A stretch of 64,000 nucleotides of DNA. It comes from Podarcis liolepis. Taxonomy: Eukaryota. Position numbers and translations under genes: made by a program. Below, in pieces: positions 31,571 through 43,800 of the stretch. The notes beneath the pieces were generated by a model, which was not told the DNA's origin, ran no database searches, and saw only the letters and a program-made list of their open reading frames with translations. The stretch lies in the NCBI GenBank assembly GCA_965112155.1, contig OZ218109.1; one strand, written 5' to 3'. Each line of letters begins with the position of its first letter. The stretch's first letter is position 1.

Positions 31571-34500
31571 ATGGAAGAGGATTCAGGATATAATAAAGGT
31601 ACACATACTAATATTGTTTTACTTCTTTAACGCTGAATTCATGAGCTGACTTGTAATTCTTTCTGCCCACAGTTGTTAGCTGCCATGTTGAAGATGCTAT
31701 AACATTTTGGGCACAGGTAAGGTTAAGATTGTGGGAAGTGATGAATGACTAACTGAATAAAGTGGGATCAGGGCAACTAACTAATTATTAAATTTGGCAA
31801 AAGCAAGTCTTTGCCCATATTTTTACGAGCACGCCTGAAAACTGTACCCCTTCTTATATTAGTAGTGTAAAAGGCCTTTCATATAAATGTTGACTTCAAG
31901 TTTAATTTGTGCCATTCAGGATATTAATAGACATAGCGACATATTGAAGACTAGCCGTTCTCTAGCTGAAATCTGTCCTCTAGCCAGCCCAGTCTTTGGC
32001 AATCCTGATCTTACCAGGGTAAGTTGTACATGTTGTTTCTTGGTTCCTATAAGTATAAGAACATCTAATAGGCATCATTTGAATTTACAGTCCTGTGTAT
32101 GCAAATTTGAAAAGTTCAGTTGTGTTTTTTGACTCAGGAAGTGGGGTTACAGTGGTAAAGATGAATTGTATCAGCTGTTCAGTTGCCCATTTGGTAAACT
32201 TGGCATTTTTGGTTGTATTTGAAGGTTTTCGTCTTGATTGTTATCTTTATTACAGTGGTAACACTTTTGGAATGCAGAGTTAAATTTTCTACTGTATGTA
32301 AGCTTGGTTGACAGTACATTTAAGTGACTTCCTTAAGAACTAGTGTTATACTGCATACTTCTGCATAAGTGTATGTGTTCAAACATTTAAGCATCTTCAA
32401 AAGGCACCTCTATATCTGTATTCATGAGAAGGTTGCCTGCCACCTAAACACTACAGAATAAACCACTGAATTAAAAACATCTGAAGAAAATGGCTTACAA
32501 ATACATGCAAGCCTGAAGTGACCTGTGGTTGTTTTTTTTTAATTTGCAGATCTATGGAGGATGCTTTTCTGAAGATAAATGTTGGTACAGATGCAAAGTA
32601 CTGAAGGTTATCAATATTGAAAAGGCAAGGAATTCCTACTCAGATTGATTTCCGAAATACAGTCTCCAATCTTTTAAGTTCAAATCTTAGTTGATAATAG
32701 CTTGGATACTGTCTTCCTGAAATCATTGAGTCCAAATCTTACTTGATAGTGCTATTTCATGTTGATGGTTTCAAGTCTAATGATGAGCCCTGCTTGATCA
32801 GGCCTAGCTAATCCAACATCTTTCTGCCTAGTTTCTGTACTAAACTTTAAGGAACTGCTAACTTGGATTTTAAGTAACAGGGCAGAAACTTCTCAAATAA
32901 CATAAGATTACTGTCATTTCTTTGGGCTTTTTAATTCTATTTTTAGTAGCTAGATGTGTGCAGAAATACTTCCTATAACTAAATTATTTTCTGCAAGTGC
33001 TTAACCTTCTTTAGTAGTGGTTGCAGATTCCTAACTATTTCTTTAGTTAAAGTTGTGTGCATGTAGGAATGCAAAGACAACTGGGGAGTGAGTCCCCTTG
33101 AACTCAGTGCAGCTTACTTCCGGGTAGACATAATGTACTGTGAACACCATAAGCTATAACTCCAATAGGCAATTGGTTCTTATTGATTTGTTTTACTGGT
33201 TTTTGTTTTATTACAGTGCCAGGTATTATATATAGACTATGGAAACTCTGAGGTTCTCAATCGATCAGAAATAGTTGAGATTCCAGAAAACTTGCAGTTT
33301 CCTAGTGTGGCGAAAAAGTACAGGCTGTGGGGATTACAGATTTCAGCTAATCAAGATTTAAATCATTTTGACCAGGTGAGACAGACTTTTCACATGTGTA
33401 TGAACAGTTCAGCAATCAGGAATGTAAAAAGGCAGTTGATTTCTGTTTTAACCTGTTGTGTTACAATCAGTGCTGTGGTTCAGTTTCCACCAAATGCTAT
33501 GTTGTCCATCTTGCTGTCTCCTACTTAATTTATGTAACTGTTTACATAGGTTTAACATAATTATTTCACACAGTCCATTTCAGTGTAGAGGAAATGTCAA
33601 AACAGTGTTTAGAAAAGAAGTAATTATGTATCGGTTGCAATCTTAAAAAACAACAACAAAACCCCAAAGAAGATTACAAACAAATACCAATCATAGTCCC
33701 TGGATTGGATTGATTTCTGTTCTGAATTTCAGGCAGAATTGCAAACAGCAGCTATTTCTGTTCCCAATGGAATTCTCAAAACATACCTTGGTGGTCAAGC
33801 AATTTCCATTGGAGTAGAGGGAATCAAATACAGCTCGTACAGTGGACGCTCGGGTTGCAAACGTGATCCGTGCAGGATGCACATTCACAACCCGCAGTGT
33901 CCGCAACCCGCAGCGGTGTGTCTGTGCATGCACGGGTTGTGATTCGGCGCGTCTGCGCATGCACAAAGTGCGATTTAGTGCTTCTGTGCACGTGCAACTG
34001 CCGAAACCTGGAAGTAACCCATTCCTGTACTTCCGGGTTTCGGCAGTCTGCAACCCCAAAAAATGCAACCTGAAGCATCTGTAACCCGAGGTATGACTGT
34101 ATTTGAAACCAGGAAGAAAAACACCTGCTTGATTTCTTCATAGTTGCCAAAGACTGCAGTTTGCCTGGGTTTTGTGTTCCTCTAGAAATCTTGCAATAAG
34201 CTGACACTTGCCTTTTCACTGTAGAATTTAGGTTTATAGATGTAATATTATATTATGTTCCCTTTTTTGATTATGAAGTTTGTCATTTCAAACTTAAGTG
34301 GCCCTATTCACGTGTCCTGTTAAGCCATGCTTTATGGTGGTGTGTCCAAGCTGCAGTGCACCTTGGGTGTGTGTGCTACATTTTAGTCATCCTATATGAC
34401 CAAGAGGAGGATTTTGGAGCATTGCTTCTGCTTTTACATAACCACAGTTTTCTGTATCGTCCGAACTGAGAGCTGTCGTTAATACTTATCATGATGAATT

Positions 34501-37500
34501 CCAACAAGCCAACTTCGTACCCCTTGGGTTGAAGTTGATGTGGCATTCGTATGGAGCCCCCGGTCGTCTCATGGACTATTGACCCGTACACCACTAATCC
34601 ACTGTCACCAACCAGGTCCTCCCCGGTAAATCACTTAGTCTCAGTCAGGTTCTTAAGTTAACAAAGAAGAGTGTAGCTTATTTCAGACACAAACTTTTAA
34701 CTGTATTCAAAACGTTACTCTTTACCCTCTTAGTCTTATTTTATTCTGTCTCTAACTCTTCTACCTCCCCTCACACAAGAACTAACTGTCTCTCTAATTC
34801 CAACTGTCTGCCAACGCCTTTCCCAACTTCCTTTTCCCAACCAACCAACCAACCAACTAACCTTGGGCTAAGCCCTTTTTTAAACAGGTAGGCTCCGCCT
34901 CTGGCTTTTCTATTGGTCTACCTATTAACTCTTTCTCTTCCCCTGTATAGACATTTTCTAACGAAATGGCAAACACCACAGTTGGCTTGTTGGAATTGAA
35001 CTTTATTTAGTGTTACCAAAGTTTGTTGTGCCAAACCATACAACAAATTGCAATTAAGGGAAAGTTATAGCAGAAGTCTTTGAGTTCTTCCTCACAGCCA
35101 TGCAGGATGGGGGAGTGTGTGACGCCAAGGCTCACTGAAGCTCATTTATGTCACATACATCATTTTCTTGCTATCTGGATTATTATTGCATTTGGGTTAT
35201 TACTGCATTTTTCGTTAAGTGTGGTCAGCCAGTTTTGGTAAGTGGACAACACAAGTGTCAAATTAATGCTTGAGCTGATTATAAGAGTGGCTTTGTGTAT
35301 TCTTTATTCAAGTTATAAAAATGCTTGCCACACCTTTGCATACCTGACTTGGTTTCTGCTAACCCTGAGTTAGGGACCGAAAGCAATGCAGATTGGTAAA
35401 CCACAGTCCTGGATCTTGAAAGGATATATCAGCCCCTTTATAGCTTCTGAGATTTTAACTGAGCACAGCCCATACATTTCCCAGGTTTCTCTGAAGCCGT
35501 AAACTTGATTTCCAAAGATCAAAAATTAGATCTATCTGCGCCTGTCAGATAAATTTGCACAATTGCAAATGCTGCATGTACACCACAGCCCTGATTGTAA
35601 AACTTACACAACAAACTATTTCATAAACTTTTCTGAACTCTCCCCCCCCCCCTTTCTTTTTTGCAGGCCAGGAGATTTCTGCATAGCTTGATTTTTGAAA
35701 AAGAAATAAAGACGAGAATCAAAGCCACGTATCAGGATGGTACCATTGTGGCTGAAGCAGAGTGTGGGCTATTGGATATTGGGGAAGAAATGGCCAAAAA
35801 AGGATTTGCTGAAAGATGCAAGTCTCCTGTAAATAGTAATTCCTGTGATACAAAAATGGATTCCTCTCTCTGCCAATCCAGGAATGCAAATTCTCCAGCT
35901 CCAGTGTGGTCCAGCAGAGCCAGCTCTCCATTAAGCAACAGAGTAGGCATGGGCTTTGGTGACAATCCACCACTGAATGGAAGGAATGAGAAAAACGGTG
36001 CAAACCATGTGCCTTTTATTAAGTAAGTCACAGTGGGAAAACATTTTCTGATGTAAGAAGTGGTTTGAGATGTAGTTTGAGATGAAGTCCAATACAACAT
36101 GCTTTTGAAGGATGCTGGGGGCTCCTGGCCTTGAAACCATGGCCTTTTAACTGGAAGATCTTGCTTTAAAATCCCTGATTGTATTGGGCTGGTGCCTGTT
36201 ATGTAGTGGTGAGAGGCATTCCACGCATGTCCAGAGGCACTTTTTAATTCAAGTGATCCAGTGCTTAAACGTCTGAGGCTGCAGATTGGTTCTGAATTTT
36301 TGTTACATTCTGGTTCCCTTGTCGGTGTGCAGGAGGAATCCAGATAACCATTGGTCAGCTGCTCCCAAAGTCTCGGACTGACAGGGACATGTGACCAAAT
36401 TTTGTGCTAACTAGCCAGCTCCTGAGTCACTCCTCCCAAGTCATTTTGATGCCCCCTGCAGAAATACAGTACTTGTTCAGCTCTCTGCTTCACCACTCTT
36501 AGCTGTGTTGTTCTTGGCTCTCTTTTATGCTAGTCTTTATTTTTCTCACCACCTGTGTATTTGTCATTTCCTTTGCTCTTGCTTTTCCTCTTTCCCGCCA
36601 AACATTTTTCTTTCTTTTTTGGTTGTTGTTTTTTTTCTCTCCCCCTCACTCTCCCCACCTCCTTTTCTCTGGCCATAGCATTGTTGGGAAATAAATGTCT
36701 GACCCTGCAGGAAGATAGGTGAATTATACGTGATGCGGTCTAAAGCAGACACGGCTAAATAAAGACACGGGCGCCGCAAGCAAGAGTGGTGGGAGACATT
36801 GCTGGGACCCTCCATGCTGCTGCTGCCATCAGGGGCTGGTTGGAGTTGAGAAATAAATAGATGTAAATTCTGGCTGCAGAGGCAGTTTGTGATTCCGACT
36901 GGGTTTGGGGTTGTCATTTCCTGCTTCTGATTTAGTACGCCAATCTAGTGTGGCACCATCTTTGAATGAATAATTCATGGCAGTGCCCTCATCTGGCCAA
37001 CAGAGGACCTCCATTCCTAGGCTAGAGACATCATGAAATGACAACTAATTTGCACCTTTTCTGCCACTGCCACCTCTTCAGCAGTGCCTGTTTTGCCCTT
37101 GGGAAATCTGGTAGTTATCTGTGGCTGCAGAAGGCTTCCATTTCCCTGGTATATCGAGAGTGCCCTTTAAGAATAGCATTAGGGGGAACATGTGCAATAA
37201 AGGTGGTCTTTACCAATTAAGCATATAAGCCAGCTTTCGCCACTCTCGTGCTCTCCAGATATTTTGAACCTACAACTCCCAAAATCACCAGTCAGCATGG
37301 CTATGTTGGCTGGAGGTGATGAGTCGAAATCATTTGGAGGGCACTAATTTGGACTTGGAATCTCTTCGAGTGCTCTCTTGAAGTCATGTATCAACTTTGT
37401 ATTTATTTTTCAATAGGGAGAAAATGGTGACTTGCGACTTTAGAAGGGTCTCAAACATTAGCTTGGAAAAAATAAAGCAAGACCAGAAAATGATAGAGGA

Positions 37501-40500
37501 GAATGAAAAGTTGAAAGCAGAGAAAGAGGCTCTCAGAGTGAAAAATGAGGATCTTCTCCATCAGTGTGAAGAACTGGAGTCAACTGTTAAGAAGCTTACT
37601 TGTGATCTGGAGGTACAGCCAATAGATTGATTCTGCATCCCAGAGATACTTAACTGTAGAGTTGGCATGCGTGTGAGGCAGGGTGAAGCACCCACTTTAG
37701 GCGACGGAAGCACAAGAGGCAGAGCTGTGCCCACCATACCACTTCTGTCACCACCAGAATGCCCTGTTCTCACCAGTGAGATGGAGATGTTCTCTGCCCC
37801 CAGGGCAGAGAAACCGAGCAGTAACGCCATGCGGAACAGCTTGGCTCCTGCCGAGTTCAGCAAGAGCTGGGGTGTTTCTGTGTGCAGCGTTGCCACTAAG
37901 GTGGTAAAACGGGCTGGGCTGCCCCTGCTTAACTGGTAGCCATACAATAGTGATCTGGGTTCTCCTGTTGATGATATAACTGATACACAGAAGATTTATT
38001 TCTTCTGTGCTACTTGAAGAGGAAGCACTTAGTTAAAGAATGGCTCTCCTCCTCACGGTCGCCACCTTGTTTTCCTTCAGCAGACAGGAATGCTGGCCAA
38101 ACCCGATGGATGGTAAATGTGGGTGCCTGATTGCAATCCCTTACGTGCCTAGTTGCAAGTAAGCCCCACTGATTTCAGTGAACTTCCTCCTTGAAAAGTT
38201 TGTATAATATTATAGCCTAAGGCAGCAGAATTCAAGTGACTTTCTAGGTTAATTGGAAATTCCTCTGCAGGACCAAAGCTGGTCTTTGGTTGGTTCAGGG
38301 TATGATGGCAGTTGTACCACTCCTCTGCTTTCCAATTTGCTTCCTGTTATGCCAGACAAGTGACTGAAACCAAAAGCTGTGTGTGTGCCACAAACATAAA
38401 AACACATTGCACAGTGCAAAAGTTCTTCAATTAAAGCCTGGTCATCTGGCAATGCATTGCATATGTAATACTGAGCACCTTGGAGGAAGGCTATTTATAC
38501 AAATGCAGCATAAATTAGTATAATTCTGCGTTTAATAGTCACTGAAAGCCAAATCTACTGCCCTTATATTCTCTTAGCTCCATGTTTGCATGTGGATATT
38601 TTGATGATTTTTTTTTTAAGTTAAAAATATGCTTTGGTGCTTGGCAGAAATGGTGTAATACTAATGCTCGAATCCTTTTCTTCTCCAATGCTGTAGGAGG
38701 AGAAAAGATACAAGGAAACTTTTGAGGTGTTGGAAAACGCTCTATCAACATATATAGGAACTACAGTGGGAAACTTGGCTGACAAGTTCGAGAAATTGAA
38801 AGAAGCTAGGTATAGTGTACATTTCTCCTCCTCAACTAAAACATATTTCCCAGCGATGGGTTTCTGTTGTGAATCCCAATTTTTAAAAGGTTCTTCTCAA
38901 AAAACAAACCTTGTTCTAGCATTGTTTGGAGAAGAGCCTCAATCATTTTGTCGTTTAAAAAATGTGTGTTTTTTTATTTGTCATTTTAATGCAGTAGAAC
39001 AGTGTTTGATTGCCAGTAATAGTCAGAGAGTTCAGATTTTAGCTGAGTTTCAGTGACATATTCCCTGCCTTTTGAAGCTGAGTCACTGGCTGGAGGCTTT
39101 CTTCCCTGAAAAGTGCATACAACTCAAGGAGGAAGTGAGGAAGAGCATCACTCTTCCAATATCCTCCTTGGACAGCTGATGGTTGTCCAAGACTCTTTGT
39201 ACTTCTGAAATGTTTATCTTCACTGGCATGAAGTTTAGGTGTTAAGTGCACATTGCATCCACAGGTAGCAGTAAAAGCTGAGCAGAGGGGAAGGAATGAT
39301 GCAAGAGAAAAGGCAGGCTACAGCTTTACAGGGTGCAGCATATAAGCAGTAAGGCAGGGGTGGGCGAGTTACAGGCAAGGATCCTATTTCTTACACCCCA
39401 TGTGCTGTCAGAAATGTATGGCTCAGCCTTCCTGGTAGGAGCTGGGAAGCTACTTCCTAACAGCTTGAGCTGTTCCAGTGACTGCTGCCCAAACAGCCAA
39501 GGGCATAGCAATGACACCAAGCCATGAAGTGGACAGGCTGGTGTGCACTGACCTCTCTTTAAGTGAGGGAGCAGAATGCCCACTGTGGGACACCCCTCTC
39601 ACCTCTTCGCCCAGGGATCTTGCCTGATGTCCCAGCACCAGATGTAGAATACAGCTTCAGTTGCATCATAGAAATAAAGCTCCTTGAAGTTCCTTGTTTT
39701 GGATAAGTGATGATAGACAGAAGAAGATGATAGACAGGAGAAGAAGAGCCTTGCATGGGAGGCAGGGTAGAGAGGATCTCCCAGGGTGGGAGGCTGGGGG
39801 AAGAGGGGGAAGCTCCCAGTTGAGAGCTGGGAGGGTTTACTTTTGTGTGTGTGGAATAAGGGGTATGATACAATTGTGATAGAGGGGTTTGCATTTTCCC
39901 CTTTGCTGCTCTTTTCCTTCTCCTTGTTTTTTTTTTAATTTTCTCTCTTTAGATTAGCTCAGCTTTTATTGTATTTTATGTGGAAAACTTTCAGTAAAAA
40001 TTGATTTTTTGAGAAAGGAAAGAAATAAAGCCCCCAGAAGGAAAAGGAAAGAGAAAGTAGTTTGATAATTATGATAGGAAAGGCAAAAAAAACCACAGGT
40101 CCGCTGAAGCCCATTGTCATCTCGGGCAAAATTGCTTCCTAGTCCCATCAACTGGTGGCTAATGCTAAATCGATAGCAATGTGCAGCATGGGATAATGCG
40201 GTAAAGAAACACAGTGAGTGAGTGGTCAGGCTGGGAATGCAGTGATCTGGTCCCTAGAGCGAGGCCCTACTTTTAATAGGCAGTGAGCCAATGAGAGGGA
40301 GAAGTTGCCTCTGGTCTCTTTGGATCGGACATTGCTGCTCCCTCAAACCACCATCTGATTGACTGAAGTCATTCAAAGCTGGCTCTCTCTGTGCTGCCTT
40401 CATCTTGATGTGGGGCAGAAAGTTTATCCCAATGTAAATGGGGATCCAGGATGTAATGAAGCTACGGAGTACCATGGGCTAAAGACAGAAAAGAAGGGGA

Positions 40501-40790
40501 CCCTTTCCTATTGGTAAAAGTTATACCTGCACTTATCCCCTATGTCAGTGGTTTGCCCATAAAATAATAGTTCCAAGCAGATAGTTGTTTGGTCGCATAC
40601 CAGATGGCAGCATTCTGATAGGTAACAGGCTGCCATATATCAAAATTTTGTGTTTTCTTCTTTACAAGGGTGTAAAATCAGACAGTCCAGTCTAACCAGA
40701 AAGAAGGCATAAGTTATTACCATTTTAATTAAGCTGCATTTTCCATGATTTTCTGTGTTTTTCCTGATAGTTACACACACAGAGAAAGAG

Positions 40791-40838
<48 letters not shown>

Positions 40839-43800
40839 ATATATATAAAATAGTCTATTACATATAAAAATGAGAGTACAACTGTTGATAAGGCAGCTTA
40901 AATGCTCTATTCATTTTCAAATCTCTTTCACCCAGACAAGTCAGCCTGAATGCTCGTTTTGGAAAAGACCTTTCAGAAGCTATTAAAGTGGTTACCGAAG
41001 GATGCCTTGCTGCTCCCCTGTCCTTGGAAAAACTGGAGAAAATTTGGATCGACTATAACGCTTTTCAAGAGGAAATATGTGCATGCAAATGTGTGGTATG
41101 TAGAATAGCTTGTGCTCTTTTTTGCTGAGGCATAAACTATAATGATCATTTTTGTTTATAGTTTTTTAAAAAACAGACATTTCTAGAATTAACTTGACAT
41201 GTGACATGTTCAGTGATGGGGGATATAATTATGCTAGATCTGAGTTTGCTGAGAGAAGGGGATGCATGGTCTATTATTATAAGAATAATATAATAATTTT
41301 CCTATCCCACACAACCCATTGGGCACAGGGTAGCCAAGCAGGGCTTCTGAGTGCTAGAAATGCAGGAGAAAACTACTGAAAGTCAACTAACAGCTCAGGG
41401 CTCCCCCCCCCCCTTTTTCTCTGTGGGTCATTCCTTGCTTGCAGTACACCTCACACTTTCTCTCCCAAATCCCAAGCCTATAATGTGGTTTTTGCCTGAG
41501 AGGGTCATAGAACCTGGCTTGGAAAGGGCCAGATAGCTGAGTTAGAAGTGTTTTGATGAAAGTTTTAAGTAACATAACAACTCTCAAATTAGCCAGGCAG
41601 CATGCAGCCAAGGAAAAAATGCCACTTAAAGCTTGGAGACTCTAAGAACTTAGATAAAGCAATCAGACATCCCAAAAGAATGGTAGCTGTTTGTCAACTA
41701 GCATACCTTGCACTCCCATCTCTTCCTGCTGCAATGTGACCTGTGCTAGCCTGTATTGCGGGCAGGTAAAAAACCGCAGCACTTGTAGTTCCAGTGATAT
41801 TGGATTGATGCCAGTACCCTCTTAGTGTGTCTGTGAATGCATTTGCAGATTGGGACTTGCTGGAGAGTTTTTCCTCTTGAGGCTGAAGCCCTTCTTTACA
41901 TTTGGTAGACACACAAGCACCAGTAAATGTTGGTGGTGATTCAGTAGTCTTTTCCTTATACACCCTTTGTAAACAAACCTTTGGACCAGCCAGAGGCCAG
42001 TCTCACAAGCAGTAGTTTGCGTGAATTGTTTTCTCACTTAACTGGATGAGTTGCAGGTACACTTTCCCATGAATATAATATATTCACCTCACTACCTGAA
42101 GCAAAGGACAAGAACATTAGATTGTAAAAATAATTTCTTTTCTCCCAGCTGTCACAGAGTTTGTTTCTTATGAATGTGTATCTGTAGCAATCCAGGTGGT
42201 AGTAGTTCTGTAGCCCAGATGCTCTTGCCATACAAGTAGGGTCAGTAGGCTGCAAAATGTTCGAGAGCATCAACCAGGACAGTAATCTGAAGCTGCTGTC
42301 TTTGTTGTTCATCTGTAGTTAGCAAAGGAAGAGCTCTAAGTCCTTGAGAAACTGTTGGCTTGCTTAAGTATACACTGAAGCCTGACTGCTTCTGAGCCTA
42401 GTGATTTTTCTAGCTGCCTTCTGTGTCAGTAGCTCTGTAATTGCAGACAGCAACCGGAAAGATGCCTCAGCGCTCCCTTTGCATTCTGGGCTTGGTTTAG
42501 TTAGGTGGAGGTAAATCAGAGCATTCTCAGATGGATCCCTCTCTAGAAAACTGAGCTACACAGAAAACACAGTTTCTAAAGTAAAGACTACCTCTTAACC
42601 AATGAAAAGAACACTTGGCCTTACCTGTGAAGGGGATACCATGCGCATGTAAGAAGCCACAATGATAGTAGATTACAGGCACATGGGATTGGATTGTTTA
42701 CTACTCCCTAACCTAGCTCCCATAGTTCTTCCTTTTTTTAAAAAATCCTCTCCCAGGATGCAAATGGCAGCCTCCTGAGGCTAGATGGCATGCAGTTAAT
42801 TGTGCTTTCTTCTCTAGGTGGCTACTACTGGGATAGTTTGTTCCCTTATGGCTTTGGCATAAATACACCAGAATCAGTTTTGAAAACATTATAATAACTG
42901 CTTTCATGGGATGAGGAAGGATAGGGATGTAATTTGTTTCTAGCAAATTCACATTGGGGACAGCCAGCTTTGGTTGTTGATTGCCCAGATGTAGTTTCCC
43001 CTGAGTTAAGTCTGGGAAAGATCGTGCACCTGAACAAAATGCAGCAAGTGTGCTTCCAGAAAGAGACCACTGCTCTTAGATGTTTAGGGTGCACTTTACG
43101 GTTCAAATGCAAGATTGTGTGAAAGTTAAAGTTAATTTTTGCATGATTTGGCTCACCACATACTCAGTAGTCTATTGCCTTGTGAGTGAATTAAGAGAGT
43201 TTCGGGGGGTTTATTCCTGACCTTGCTTTTCCCTTCAACACAGGACGAAGTGCAGAGCTTGATTCAACGTAGAAATGAAGTGCAGCAGAACCTGTATTCT
43301 ACAGTGCAAGAATATATTATGGAAGTGGATGATTTACCCCTTTCAGAGCGCTTGGAAACATTGCAGGTTGGGAACAGAGCTGCATGCATATCCTATCTGT
43401 GCACTATTTTGTTTTTTTAAAGTCGGCCACCTTGTGTCAAAACAGTGTTATGCTGGTAATGTCCCGTACATGGTAACATGATAGGACATCCTATCGAACA
43501 TTTCCTTGCTTCTGAAGGTATATTGATATCACATTCTGCTGTGTCTGGTGTCTTACTGGAGAATGGTGGAAGCAGAGGGTGTTACTTATTCCTGTTCCCC
43601 AACGCTAAGTCCACAAAGGCTAGAAAATATACATAAAGTAGAACTTCATGTGAAGTGTTACATGCTGTTAATCAGTCTAGGCGCTCTTTGAAATAGATGT
43701 GTAGGATGAGACATGAACCAACTGTATGCTTTGTGCCTATCTATAAAATAGGTAAAGGGACCCCTGACTATTAGGTCCAGTCGCGGACGACTCTGGGGTT

